Origin: a virus | Taxonomy: Duplodnaviria; Caudoviricetes | Length of the DNA stretch: 64,000 nt | Reading direction: 5' to 3' (one strand) | IMG/VR virus record: IMGVR_UViG_2901201504_000001 | Location: 1-64,000 of that record | Shown: in pieces, positions 41,076 through 50,879 of the stretch | Layout of the letters: every line of letters begins with the position of its first letter | How positions within the stretch are numbered: position 1 is the stretch's first letter | Notes under the pieces: generated by a model | Seen by the model: the letters and a program-made list of their open reading frames with translations, nothing else | What the model was told of the DNA's origin: nothing | The model's database searches: none | Position numbers and translations under genes: made by a program

Positions 41076-41336
41076 TCAATAATCATCATCTTCAATAAAT
41101 TCATGTTCACATTCTTCTAAATCTTGAAGATGATTTATAGCAACTTTAGCTTGATCAATTAGCATTTGCTTAACCGACCAAAAATTCACGTCATCAAAAA
41201 AGTCATGGAGTAAATTCTCTATGACTTGTGGCTCATCTTTATAATTTAGAATCATTTCCAGGTAATCCTGTACAATATCATCTGGATTTTCATTAGCATC
41301 TTGTACGACTAATACATTAGGATAATTATCTATCAT
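41076..41336 (-). CDS. Acidic hypothetical protein
   Basis: RBS GGAGG; acidic 86-aa ORF. Confidence 0.55.
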   Translation of the reverse strand: MIDNYPNVLVVQDANENPDDIVQDYLEMILNYKDEPQVIENLLHDFFDDVNFWSVKQMLIDQAKVAINHLQDLEECEHEFIEDDDY

Positions 41337-41402
41337 AATCTTAACCTCCGATTAATGAGGTAGAGGATTATTGATAATCATACCTATTTTGTATTAATTT
41401 AT

Positions 41403-41621
41403 TTAATGACAGTAACCACAGTCACATTCCTGTTCATCATTTCCTTCTAAGAGAGCAATCTTTTCATTTACATCATCAATAATTGCAGCTTCATAACCAT
41501 TAGAGAATCCATTTTGGAAAATCTCTTCAATCATCGCTTTTAATTCATCAAAAGATTCAGCTTGACTAACTTGTTCTGCGTATCCTTCTATTAATGAGCA
41601 AAATTCACATGTATGTTCCAT
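41403..41621 (-). CDS. Small acidic Cys-containing hypothetical protein
   Basis: CEFC and CDCGYC; coupled to upstream stop codon. Confidence 0.55.
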   Translation of the reverse strand: MEHTCEFCSLIEGYAEQVSQAESFDELKAMIEEIFQNGFSNGYEAAIIDDVNEKIALLEGNDEQECDCGYCH

Positions 41622-42826
41622 TAAGCACCTATCTTTCTATTTAATTGAATGTTATATGTACACAATCTAGATTCTTCTTTATCAAATATAATTAATTTCT
41701 GTGCAGCCTTACTTGTTCTACGAATATCTTTGGCGTATTCATCAACACCTGCAAAGCTTGAATTAACAATAATCTCAACCTCATGTGTCTCATTTTCTTC
41801 ATGGTGATGAGTATGTCCCATAACGATATAATCAGGAAATTCTCTAGTCATCATGGTTAAATTTTGAGCAACATTATGTACTTTATCTTTGTGACCATGA
41901 ACTCCAAATACTTTATAACCTAAAATGTCAGCTACAATAATTTCTTCATCATATTTATTTTCCATAAACACAACATTTTCAACGTGCCGTAATCTCTCTT
42001 TTAACCACCAAGGCACTAAATCATTGAAACTTTCTTTTGCGATTTCATCCTTTTTATTCGGTGTTACACGATCATGATTTCCACGCACGTTATAAATTTT
42101 GATATCTTCAATTTCATTAGCAAGTTTCGCAATTGCTTCAGATAAATATTCTGATACTCTCATAGTTTGAGAGATAGCATCTTCTGTATTGTTAATGCGT
42201 GTAATAAGATGAATCAATCCATTAATCAAATCACCAATCATGAATAAATGAAGAGTTTTAACTTTATTATCTTTGCAATATGTAATAGTTTTATTGATTA
42301 ATTTATCTAAACGAATTAGGAATTCTTCATTATTGAACTCATTCCAATAATTTTTAGTGAACAATCCATAATGCAAGTCAGATAGCAATAGTAGCGCTTC
42401 ACGCTCATAAGAAGATGGTAGGGGAGTAGACCATTTTAACGGTTTCTCTTTTGAAAGGTTATGTATTTCTTTAATCATCTCATCACGAACATGTTCAATT
42501 CTAGCTTGTTCACGAATAAGTTTCATGTATTCACGTTTTTGATCTTGTTTACGAATCTTTTCTTTTTCAGACTCAACTCTAATTTCTTCATATTTACCAA
42601 GAATCTCTTTGTCTAAATTTTTATTGATAATGTAATCTTTCCATTTACAGTACTGCTGATAATCCTTACGGAATTTACTTTCATCATAATTACTACCATA
42701 TTCTTTATTAAGTAACTCAGTAATAGAGTCTTTATCTAGACCATATTCTGATTTATTTTCAAATAATCGAATGAGATAATCTCTGAAACTTTCTTCTGAA
42801 GTACGATGTAAAATAGTATCTATCAT
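41621..42826 (-). CDS. Metallophosphoesterase (YonJ-like)
   Basis: SDLHYG, GDLING, GNHDR, HGH, GHTHH motifs. Confidence 0.85.
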   Translation of the reverse strand: MIDTILHRTSEESFRDYLIRLFENKSEYGLDKDSITELLNKEYGSNYDESKFRKDYQQYCKWKDYIINKNLDKEILGKYEEIRVESEKEKIRKQDQKREYMKLIREQARIEHVRDEMIKEIHNLSKEKPLKWSTPLPSSYEREALLLLSDLHYGLFTKNYWNEFNNEEFLIRLDKLINKTITYCKDNKVKTLHLFMIGDLINGLIHLITRINNTEDAISQTMRVSEYLSEAIAKLANEIEDIKIYNVRGNHDRVTPNKKDEIAKESFNDLVPWWLKERLRHVENVVFMENKYDEEIIVADILGYKVFGVHGHKDKVHNVAQNLTMMTREFPDYIVMGHTHHHEENETHEVEIIVNSSFAGVDEYAKDIRRTSKAAQKLIIFDKEESRLCTYNIQLNRKIGA

Positions 42827-42830
42827 GCAA

Positions 42831-43016
42831 TCACTCTCCAAAAGTAACTTCTTTAGTCTCTTTAAACATGATATTTAATTGTTTACCTTCAAGTTCAGCG
42901 ATAACATCTGACAGTACATGGACAATTTCTTCTTCCTTTGTATGTTCGATGATTGAATTATCCTCTAATGAAATATAAGCGTTTTGAAAATTAATATTAA
43001 ATGATTGCTTTGCCAT
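42831..43016 (-). CDS. YonK-like protein
   Basis: MAKQSFNINFQNA..IIEHTKE pattern; position upstream of YonJ-like gene. Confidence 0.65.
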   Translation of the reverse strand: MAKQSFNINFQNAYISLEDNSIIEHTKEEEIVHVLSDVIAELEGKQLNIMFKETKEVTFGE

Positions 43017-43066
43017 CCTAATTCCTCCCTTAATCCCTTTAAAATTTGTATTTTATTAATTAATTT

Positions 43067-44308
43067 CTATAAAAGTTCAGCTAATTGAGCCGTATCACTA
43101 CGTTCAGTTTTGTCTAATGTAGCTAATCCGAATAAGATTTCTTTTTTTAAATTAGATAGTGCTCTAACGCCACTGTTATTTTTGTATACATCTTTATCTG
43201 TTTGTTTTAAATCTCCATTCAACCATAGTTCAGAGCCTTTACCTACACGACCTATCAGCAGTCTAAAATGCTCAACCGTGTTATTCTGACATTCAGTAAC
43301 GTAGATAATAGAGTTCTTTATGTCACGACCTCTAAGACTACCTAAATGTTGAATTTCAATTTTGCCTTGTCGAATTAAAACTTCTAAGCTTTCAATACCA
43401 CCGACATGATCTGCTAATGGCATAGCGAATTCAATAAGCTTTTCAAACTTATCTCCTGGTAATATGCCTAGAGTAGGCACGTCAGCTAATTCAACATTAT
43501 TCCTAGCCCAAATTAATTTGTCCATCTTACCTTGTTCAATTAAATCTAAAGCATGAGAAATCATTACAAAGTCTTTACCAACACCGTATTTACCAAAGCA
43601 AGCTTTAATAGTAATATCGTTGTTTTGCAACAAATCAAATAACATTTCTTGTTTCTTATTAATCGGTTTAACTTTTTCAGTAAATCTATTATGTATCGGT
43701 TTAAATTTCAACTTTACATACTTATATCCATCGAAACGAAATGAATCAATAAATGCATATCTATTTTGTATTCCATTACTATATGTAGGTTTTTCTTTAT
43801 CCCATATGTACAAATATTCATTAATGTTTAAATTGAATATGTTTCGTTCTGGTAATTCGTATATACTTGCTAATAATTCTTGGTCTTCCTTAGTTGATGT
43901 TACGAAAAATTCATGTACACCTGAATATTCTTCTTTGGATTGATTGTTAAATTCAATAACTTCAATTCCAAACCCTTTAGCTTTGTAGGTGAGTAAAACA
44001 TCGTTTGAAATAAGTGAATAATTTTGTTTCACACAACATGCCAAGATATTGTTATCTTCATATCGATCATCGTAATCGATGCCTAATTCAAATCCGTTAT
44101 AATCTCTTGCATCAAATTCAAATTTATCTAGGTTATCTTTAATGTATCTAGAAACAACTCTTGCTCTGTATTTCAAATCCTCATATTTACTCGATTTATG
44201 TTTCTCTAACTCTCTAAGTACATGAGAGGTAAGAACGATCTTGTACTCATCTAATTGCTCAATGTAATCCAAAATAATATTTGTATCCGCTACAAAGAGT
44301 TTATCCAT
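43067..44308 (-). CDS. PIN-PhoH family ATPase
   Basis: PIN (ADTNII..ELEKHK..DNNIL) and PhoH (GKYGVGKD, LRGRDI, ECQN, GRVGKGS..GDLKQTD). Confidence 0.9.
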   Translation of the reverse strand: MDKLFVADTNIILDYIEQLDEYKIVLTSHVLRELEKHKSSKYEDLKYRARVVSRYIKDNLDKFEFDARDYNGFELGIDYDDRYEDNNILACCVKQNYSLISNDVLLTYKAKGFGIEVIEFNNQSKEEYSGVHEFFVTSTKEDQELLASIYELPERNIFNLNINEYLYIWDKEKPTYSNGIQNRYAFIDSFRFDGYKYVKLKFKPIHNRFTEKVKPINKKQEMLFDLLQNNDITIKACFGKYGVGKDFVMISHALDLIEQGKMDKLIWARNNVELADVPTLGILPGDKFEKLIEFAMPLADHVGGIESLEVLIRQGKIEIQHLGSLRGRDIKNSIIYVTECQNNTVEHFRLLIGRVGKGSELWLNGDLKQTDKDVYKNNSGVRALSNLKKEILFGLATLDKTERSDTAQLAELL

Positions 44309-44432
44309 ATTATTGCTCCTTTTATTTATTCAGAATGGCAGTAGGAGCTTACCCTACAAGGAGTCGCCATTCTGTTAATTAATATAAAATAAGAAAGGGA
44401 ATGGGAGACTAACTCCTCACTTCCCATATGTA

Positions 44433-44774
44433 TTATTGATTTACAGCGTCTTTGTAACCTTTAGCTGGTTTGAATTTAGGAGCGTTCTTAGCAGCAATAT
44501 CAACCTGTGCTTGCGCCTTAGCTTCTTCATCACTCAAACCTTGAGCTTTTAATTCAGATAGTAATTTTGGATTAATACCTTTACGAGCAGCAGATTCTTT
44601 AACTTCAAATGAACCGAATCCTCGAAAATCTAGTTTGTCTTGTTTAGATAGTTCAATAATTGTTTCTAATACATTATCAACTAACTGCTCAGTTTCTTTA
44701 TTATTTAATGAAATACCTGTGCTTTCATTTACTGTTTGCAGTTCTTTTGCGAATTCTTTTTTATTAATAGCCAT
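44433..44774 (-). CDS. HU-family DNA-binding protein (YonN-like) with arm insertion
   Basis: NKKE..GFGSFEVKESAARKGINP..PKFKP; about 16 extra residues in the arm. Confidence 0.9.
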   Translation of the reverse strand: MAINKKEFAKELQTVNESTGISLNNKETEQLVDNVLETIIELSKQDKLDFRGFGSFEVKESAARKGINPKLLSELKAQGLSDEEAKAQAQVDIAAKNAPKFKPAKGYKDAVNQ

Positions 44775-45168
44775 TTATATAATCATCCTTTTACGTTAAT
44801 TTATTTTTAAAATCTATATTATAAGTATGTATTTACTTTTTCTTAACGTTAATTACTACACCATTTTGATCAACTTGATAGGTAAGTGCCATTTAATCAA
44901 CTCCTTTAAATAAAATATTGCTTTTATGTCATTTTGCTGATATGATATAATTGGGTAAAAATGAGGTTTATTTAAAAATAAGAATGAGGGAAAGAATAAA
45001 TAACCCTTTACTTGTACACTAGTTTTTTCTTTCCTTTAACGACGGTTATCTCAAAAAACACCAAAGTCCCTTGAAGCCTACAGCCACAAGGGATTGACGA
45101 GTTTTGAAATTTTGTTGATTTTTTAACGATTGCTGAAACCGTTGGGAGAGTAAGGCTCAAGTCAGTTT

Positions 45169-47694
45169 CTAAACCGTTACAGACTTTTTAAATCGATACT
45201 CTCTAACCCTTTCTCTCGTTTGCTTTCTTTGAATTTCCTTCCAACAATGAGCACAATACTGACTTCTATTGTTAATCTTCTTTACACGCTTTCCACATTC
45301 ACTACACTGTATTGTATTCTTTAAGTTTTTTTGCAGGTTTTTAAGAATCACATCTCCAAAGGCTTCCCATAATGTTGTCTTATATTTACTTTTCTTTTCA
45401 ATATATAAGTATTTTATCAACATATCAGCAACTTGATTAATATTGCTATTTATTTCTAATAACTTATTTCTCAAATTATCATATATGTATATATTTGAGT
45501 CACTATGTTTAGATGATTCATGGTTTCTGAGTAATATATCTTTATTTCTATCGAATTCCTCATATGTCACTATGATTCTATCATCCACTTCTATGTCTTT
45601 ATCTAGAAAGAGTTTTTCTGGATTAAGAGTACCTGCAATATCTTCATATTTGATCCTTTTATTAGGAATAATTCTATTCAGTTTATTTACTGTACTATGA
45701 TTTATTTTAACGACATTTTTCTTTTTCTTATCTTTTGCGTAAACAAAGAAATGAGGAACTTTATCTTTTATATAATCTGAAATTTTTTCATCTACATGTT
45801 TCGGTCTAGTTGGCATAAACAATGTCTTAGCAAAATCAATAGTAAAGTTATTCTCCATACAAAGCCATTTGATAACATCTAGATTCACATTATCACTATT
45901 CCATATCTTAGTGATATTATTACTAATTTCTCCAATGTTGGCCTTATAAGCAAGAATCAAACTGTTATAGATATTTTCACTATTAATTTTCTGTGCTTCA
46001 GCTTTAGACATTTCATAATAAAGAGGAACTATGCCTTTCATGTTACGCTCTGCTACATTAATAAATGTCTCGTCTTGAATAACTAACGCTTTATCTCCAT
46101 CGTTATCGAATTGTAGCATCTTACTAATTGGATCAAGAACACTTGTGTAAATGCCATTTGTAATAAACCATTCAGTTTTATTTTCATCAATGACATTATT
46201 CTTAATCGCATGTTCACGATAGAGGTGAGGAGATCGTAATACATCTACTTTTCCTTCATGAAATAAATTACAGTAAATTTCATTATTATGTAGTAATCCT
46301 TTAGGTTCTTCAATGGCCATGAACAATTTCTCGCAAAATGCATATAAGTCAGGACATAAGAAAGTATACTTACCATTAATATTTAATTTACCTGCCCTTG
46401 CATCCCTTACCATGCTTTTTTTCTTATCTTTAATGGTTTGTTTTGCATGAGCATCATTCAATAGCTCAGGGTATATATATAATCCTCCTTGGAAATAGTT
46501 CTTATTTTTATTATGCTTTGTAGCACCTAATACACGTAACATTGTTTCTTTGTTACTACCTACAGAAAGAATATCATCTATTGTTGATGAGCTAATTTTT
46601 TCTAATTCTTCATCTGTAATATCTGTTAGAGTTTGCAACATTTGATAATTCAACATAGCATCATTGGAAGTATCTTCAACATTTAATTTAGCAGCTTGGC
46701 ATTTATGTTGCTTGAATCTACTTTTATAGTCATCCCAGTCCTCATAATATTTCCACATTTTAAATTGACTTTTAGTAAAAATAATCTGAATATCATCTTC
46801 AACAATATCCCATTCTTTATTATAGATATCGATCACTTTTGTTGAGGAATCGTCTAAAGATGAGAATTTTTTAAAGTCAAATGGTACTAACAAACCTTTA
46901 AGGAAGGGGAGTCTACACATAAAAGACTTTTTAGACTTAGAAGGCAGAATCATCCCACATCCGTCTGTATGTTCAATTTCAATATCCATAGTCTGTCTAG
47001 TTATCTCATATGTATCACGATTAATATAGTCAACTTCACTATAAACATCGGTAGCTAAATCAGGTACTACTATAGCTTTATCAATATTAAATCCTTTCCA
47101 TTCATTCGTTGCACTGTTGGTTAATGCTAGATAGCTTAAATATTTATTTACATTACTACCGCCCTTAGAATTGATTTCTTCCACAGATAAACCACATGTC
47201 AAAGAATCTTTATGTTTCAACCATACTGACTCTTTTATGAAAACACCTTTCTTTGTTCTAATTTGACCAGCAGAACTAGAGAAATAAACATAATGTTCTC
47301 CATTGTAATCAAAACCATCCGAAATTAAATCATTCAATACTTTATAGTGATAAGCTCTGATAGTAATAATGTCCATTGTGATTGTATTTTCTTTTGCTCC
47401 GATTGTTCTCGATAATGATGATTCAAAAATAGAAATTACATTGGAATCCTTAAGGTTGTCTTGGTTTAATCTACGGACATTCCTGTTCAGGTTGAATTCC
47501 TTTCTTAGATTTTTCTTCAATTCATTAACACGCTTATTAATTAATTTTATTTTTATCTTCTCTGACTTGTTTAATTTTTTCTTATGGATCAAGTATCTCA
47601 TCATTAAATTATGTATGAATGCTTCTTTTTTATTATAAAAAGCAGAAGTATCTACTGAGTATATGTAAACTTGTTTGTCCAATCCCTTAGCCAT
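45169..47694 (-). CDS. yonO: YonO-type single-subunit DNA-dependent RNA polymerase
   Basis: SSAGQIR, HTDGCG, RSPHL, catalytic FDNDGD; C-terminal CSEC..CAHC; heads the late operon. Confidence 0.92.
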   Translation of the reverse strand: MAKGLDKQVYIYSVDTSAFYNKKEAFIHNLMMRYLIHKKKLNKSEKIKIKLINKRVNELKKNLRKEFNLNRNVRRLNQDNLKDSNVISIFESSLSRTIGAKENTITMDIITIRAYHYKVLNDLISDGFDYNGEHYVYFSSSAGQIRTKKGVFIKESVWLKHKDSLTCGLSVEEINSKGGSNVNKYLSYLALTNSATNEWKGFNIDKAIVVPDLATDVYSEVDYINRDTYEITRQTMDIEIEHTDGCGMILPSKSKKSFMCRLPFLKGLLVPFDFKKFSSLDDSSTKVIDIYNKEWDIVEDDIQIIFTKSQFKMWKYYEDWDDYKSRFKQHKCQAAKLNVEDTSNDAMLNYQMLQTLTDITDEELEKISSSTIDDILSVGSNKETMLRVLGATKHNKNKNYFQGGLYIYPELLNDAHAKQTIKDKKKSMVRDARAGKLNINGKYTFLCPDLYAFCEKLFMAIEEPKGLLHNNEIYCNLFHEGKVDVLRSPHLYREHAIKNNVIDENKTEWFITNGIYTSVLDPISKMLQFDNDGDKALVIQDETFINVAERNMKGIVPLYYEMSKAEAQKINSENIYNSLILAYKANIGEISNNITKIWNSDNVNLDVIKWLCMENNFTIDFAKTLFMPTRPKHVDEKISDYIKDKVPHFFVYAKDKKKKNVVKINHSTVNKLNRIIPNKRIKYEDIAGTLNPEKLFLDKDIEVDDRIIVTYEEFDRNKDILLRNHESSKHSDSNIYIYDNLRNKLLEINSNINQVADMLIKYLYIEKKSKYKTTLWEAFGDVILKNLQKNLKNTIQCSECGKRVKKINNRSQYCAHCWKEIQRKQTRERVREYRFKKSVTV

Positions 47695-47763
47695 TAAATC
47701 CCTCACATTCGCTTTATTTCTAAAATTTCATTCTATTTATTTTTTTAGTTATTTAACTTTTAA

Positions 47764-47988
47764 TTAATATCCTCCAAGTAAATCCATCTTATGTTTTAAA
47801 TTACGACTAAATCTATTATGTATTAATCCATCTACTCTAACACAAGCATCATAAAATCTAATTTCTCGATTACTAGCCTCATTGTTTAATATTCTTTGAG
47901 ATAAGAATTCAATCACCTCATCATCTCTCCATCCACGTTTAATAGACTTGTACATACTCTTCACCTCCTGTATATAAGTATTCGACAT
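47764..47988 (-). CDS. Hypothetical protein upstream of yonO
   Basis: RBS AAAGGAG; upstream TTTACA-18-TATGAT promoter. Confidence 0.6.
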   Translation of the reverse strand: MSNTYIQEVKSMYKSIKRGWRDDEVIEFLSQRILNNEASNREIRFYDACVRVDGLIHNRFSRNLKHKMDLLGGY

Positions 47989-48101
47989 TTATATTTCATC
48001 TCCTTTATTAATATTAATTTATTTAACTTTTATTTATCATAACGGACATATCCTAATTTTGTAAAGTGTAATTTTAATTTTTCTGAAAAAAATTTACAAA
48101 G

Positions 48102-48131
48102 TCATAAGTACAAGCAGATATTACATAATCT
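48102..48131 (+). promoter_or_regulatory. Putative sigmaE promoter of wHTH-tubulin operon
   Basis: TCATAAG-N15-CATAATCT versus B. subtilis sigmaE consensus TCATATT-~15-CATACGAT. Confidence 0.55.
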
Positions 48132-48180
48132 TTGAATATCTTTAAGAATCTACAAAGATTTTTAAAAATCTATACAGATA
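48111..48180. repeat. 10-bp periodic direct repeats (tubC-like iterons)
   Basis: AATCTTTGAA/TATCTTTAAG/AATCTACAAA/GATTTTTAAA/AATCTATACA in tandem just before the RBS. Confidence 0.65.
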
Positions 48181-48193
48181 CAGGAGGATTTTC

Positions 48194-48475
48194 ATGGATT
48201 ACTTTGTTCACACTGTACTCAAATCTAGTCAAGAAGAGTTAGTATTGCTCAATGTATTAAATGAACATCAGGCTTACAATACTTATACATTTCTAACAAA
48301 GCAACAAATCAAAGACCAATCACATTTATCCGAATCAATTGTAAGAAAAACTCTGCTCATATTAGAAAGACTTCAATTTATTAATTCAATTTGCACGAAC
48401 AAAACAAAAGGGTACTATCTTACGAATCATGGTTTATTAGCAATTGAAAAAATCCTAGAGGGAGTGAATGAATAA
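48194..48475 (+). CDS. Winged-helix DNA-binding protein (TubR-like adaptor)
   Basis: LTKQQI..LSESIVRKTLLILERLQFI..YYLTNHG wHTH; stop/start coupled to tubulin. Confidence 0.75.
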   Translation: MDYFVHTVLKSSQEELVLLNVLNEHQAYNTYTFLTKQQIKDQSHLSESIVRKTLLILERLQFINSICTNKTKGYYLTNHGLLAIEKILEGVNE

Positions 48476-49581
48476 TGATAGGTGTAATTGGTTTAGGTCA
48501 AGCTGGAGGAAATGTTGCAAACTTATTTGCCGAAAGAGGAATTCAAACTGCTGCAATTAACTATTCATCCAAAGACCTAGAGACTTGTAATCACATAGAA
48601 AACAAATTAAAACTCATTGGATCAGAAGGAGTTGGTAAACAAAGAGAGGAAGCAATTCGACTATTTCACAACAATTATGAATCAGCTTTAATATTCATTA
48701 AAGAGCATTTCTCACAACCTTCTGTTGAATTAATCTTTATTGTTTTTAGTGCGGCAGGAGGGAGTGGAAGTGGTATAGCTTCAATATTATCCGAGCTACT
48801 ACTCAACGAAATGCAGGAAAAAACTTTCATAATTTGCCCCATCATTCCTACTGTCTCAGAGTGCATTACAGCGCAATTAAACACTCTAGATACATTGACT
48901 AGCCTAAGTGAATTAGAAGCCTGTATCATTCCATTGGACAACGAGAAGGGGATGTCTAAGGGCGCTAAAGACAAATCTTACCACTTTATAAATCAGACGT
49001 TTGTAGACACTATTTTAACGATAGCTGACTACACTAATATGCATTCAATCACAGGAAACTTTGATGCAAGGGACTTGCGTACATTGTTGTCTACAACTGG
49101 ATTCTGCTCAATTGGACAATGTGACATTTCACATCTAAAGAATGAAGACATATCCGTAAATATCGAAGTTGTATCTAAAAAAGTAAGAACATCGCATTTT
49201 GAGTCAATCTTCACATCTCCTTCATTGGAACAAATAGTACGATCAGGCTTAATATTTGATGGGCAAGAATCATTAATGTATTGTGTCGATCTTGATAAAA
49301 TTCACAATCAATTTCCCAATCAACCTTTGGATGTTTTTGAAGGCTATTATACAGAAGAAAAAGGGAGAGTAATATCTATTTACTGTGGTTTAAAATTTAA
49401 CAGTACAAGATTAAATCAGATTGAAAAATTAGCAACTGAACGAATAGAATCTTTCCAAAACACTCATCAAAGCACATCTATATCCATAAAAAGACCAACT
49501 CTTAAAAGCCCAATTATGTCATCTAAACCTAAGAAATCGCTATCTGATATTCTAAATAAACACAAGAAAACTAATATATAA
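48475..49581 (+). CDS. Tubulin/FtsZ-superfamily GTPase (TubZ-like)
   Basis: GLGQAGGN, G.G (GVGK), signature AAGGSGSG, DNE, T7 loop GNFDARD; basic C-terminal tail. Confidence 0.9.
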   Translation: MIGVIGLGQAGGNVANLFAERGIQTAAINYSSKDLETCNHIENKLKLIGSEGVGKQREEAIRLFHNNYESALIFIKEHFSQPSVELIFIVFSAAGGSGSGIASILSELLLNEMQEKTFIICPIIPTVSECITAQLNTLDTLTSLSELEACIIPLDNEKGMSKGAKDKSYHFINQTFVDTILTIADYTNMHSITGNFDARDLRTLLSTTGFCSIGQCDISHLKNEDISVNIEVVSKKVRTSHFESIFTSPSLEQIVRSGLIFDGQESLMYCVDLDKIHNQFPNQPLDVFEGYYTEEKGRVISIYCGLKFNSTRLNQIEKLATERIESFQNTHQSTSISIKRPTLKSPIMSSKPKKSLSDILNKHKKTNI

Positions 49582-49590
49582 AAATAGTAA

Positions 49591-49732
49591 ATTATCATTA
49601 CCCGTCAGTTTACCTGATACTTTATTTTCATTACCTAATCGTTACCCATTATCATTACCAGTTGATTTTACAATATCGGTAATTACCCAAACAGCAGGTA
49701 ATGGAAAATCGGTAAGTATAAAACGTTGGTAA
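49591..49732. repeat. TTACC/GGTAA repeat array
   Basis: TTACC at 49598, 49610, 49631, 49642, 49655, 49683; GGTAA at 49678, 49697, 49711, 49728; ATTATCATTACC occurs twice. Confidence 0.7.
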
Positions 49733-49780
49733 TAAACCTTTAGATTTAATTTTCACATATAATTCTTCCTTAAATAAAAT

Positions 49781-49841
49781 GAAAAAAGAAGTTTGAGTTT
49801 CAGTTGTAAATTTTCTTCTGAATTCAAGCTTCTTTTTTTTG
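49781..49841. terminator. Long imperfect hairpin, probable bidirectional terminator
   Basis: AAAAAAGAAGTTTGAGTTTTCAG...CTGAATTCAAGCTTCTTTTTTTT. Confidence 0.6.
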
Positions 49842-49845
49842 AAAT

Positions 49846-50022
49846 TTATTCAATGATTCCTACTTCATGTAAAAATGTTAAAAGTTCATGTAATCTTTTT
49901 CTGCTCATTCCTGTTTTTTCTATTACATAATCAGAGGTGAATTCCAACTTCTCTTCAAACTTAGGAGGCTCGTATGTACCCCATGAACCAATTGACATAT
50001 GTCCACGTACATTTTCACTCAT
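49846..50022 (-). CDS. Small protein with HTH-like C-terminus (58 aa, not in ORF track)
   Basis: RBS GGGAGG; MSENVRG...VIEKTGMSRKRLHELLTFLHEVGIIE. Confidence 0.55.
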   Translation of the reverse strand: MSENVRGHMSIGSWGTYEPPKFEEKLEFTSDYVIEKTGMSRKRLHELLTFLHEVGIIE

Positions 50023-50102
50023 TTACCTTTGCCTCCCTTGTTCGTTCTATCTAAAAAATCATTTACTGCATCTCTTGGATCTTGTTTGTAAATAAATGAC
50101 AT
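50019..50102 (-). CDS. 27-aa peptide coupled to downstream HTH-like gene
   Basis: RBS GGAG; MSFIYKQDPRDAVNDFLDRTNKGGKGK; ATGA overlap. Confidence 0.35.
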   Translation of the reverse strand: MSFIYKQDPRDAVNDFLDRTNKGGKGK

Positions 50103-50165
50103 GTTTTCCAACTCCGTTTATAATTATCTTAATAGTAGTCTTACCTCAAGGAGTTGACGTTATAC

Positions 50166-50597
50166 ATGAAAGAAAAAGTTACTTTAACCGTAGATATAAC
50201 TATGAAAAACTATGTAAATATTAAAAATCTCATTGGTTATTGTAAGTACAACAACTTGATTATCAGCGAAAATTTACCTACCACTGACGAAGAAATAATT
50301 AATGCTGCACTATTTTCTTACTTTGAGAAGATTGAAACAATCGTAAGATATTATAATGTGGATAAATCAGCATTGAATTTAGAAGAAGGAACAAAAATTA
50401 AAAATAGGATAAAAGAAATATTAAAGATGACTGGTATGAAACAGAAAGAATTATCTGAATTAACAGGTATTGAAACAGCTACATTATCTGCAATGTTATC
50501 TAACAGAAACCAACCATCAATCGAAAACTTTTTGCGTATATGGACTGTGTTAGGGTGTCCACCAATTGAAGAAGTATTCTACAGAGAGAAGGAGTGA
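50166..50597 (+). CDS. XRE-family transcriptional regulator (C-terminal HTH)
   Basis: KNRIKEIL..MKQKELSELTGIETATLS..NQPS. Confidence 0.85.
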   Translation: MKEKVTLTVDITMKNYVNIKNLIGYCKYNNLIISENLPTTDEEIINAALFSYFEKIETIVRYYNVDKSALNLEEGTKIKNRIKEILKMTGMKQKELSELTGIETATLSAMLSNRNQPSIENFLRIWTVLGCPPIEEVFYREKE

Positions 50598-50640
50598 TCC
50601 TTCTTTTTTGTTGTTTGTAGATTTTTTTAAAATTTATTAT

Positions 50641-50670
50641 ACATAGTACAATCAACGTCATCCATATACT
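50641..50670 (+). promoter_or_regulatory. Putative sigmaE promoter of membrane protein/FtsK operon
   Basis: ACATAGT-N15-CATATACT, same spacing as the promoter at 48102. Confidence 0.5.
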
Positions 50671-50696
50671 TAATCAAACAACCGGAGGTGATTAAC

Positions 50697-50879
50697 ATGA
50701 TGTTTGCAACTGTATTAGCTTTGAAAATTGGAGCATTAGGAAGTGTGGGTGTAGGAATTGCAAGTGCATTAAAATTATTTCATAACTACGAATGGAAACA
50801 ATCATCTAAGAAAGGTGTGAAATATGATGACAACTATGACAGTGAATCTTTGCGTGAAAAAGCAAGACGAATTAATTAA
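50697..50879 (+). CDS. Small membrane protein
   Basis: RBS GGAGGTG; N-terminal hydrophobic helix. Confidence 0.65.
   Translation: MMFATVLALKIGALGSVGVGIASALKLFHNYEWKQSSKKGVKYDDNYDSESLREKARRIN

Noticed and set aside
44833-44892. 19-aa ORF with good RBS upstream of HU
   Set aside because: Too short to support without conservation or translation data.
48111-49732. Repeat arrays as CRISPR
   Set aside because: Units are 5-12 bp without unique spacers, and there are no cas genes.
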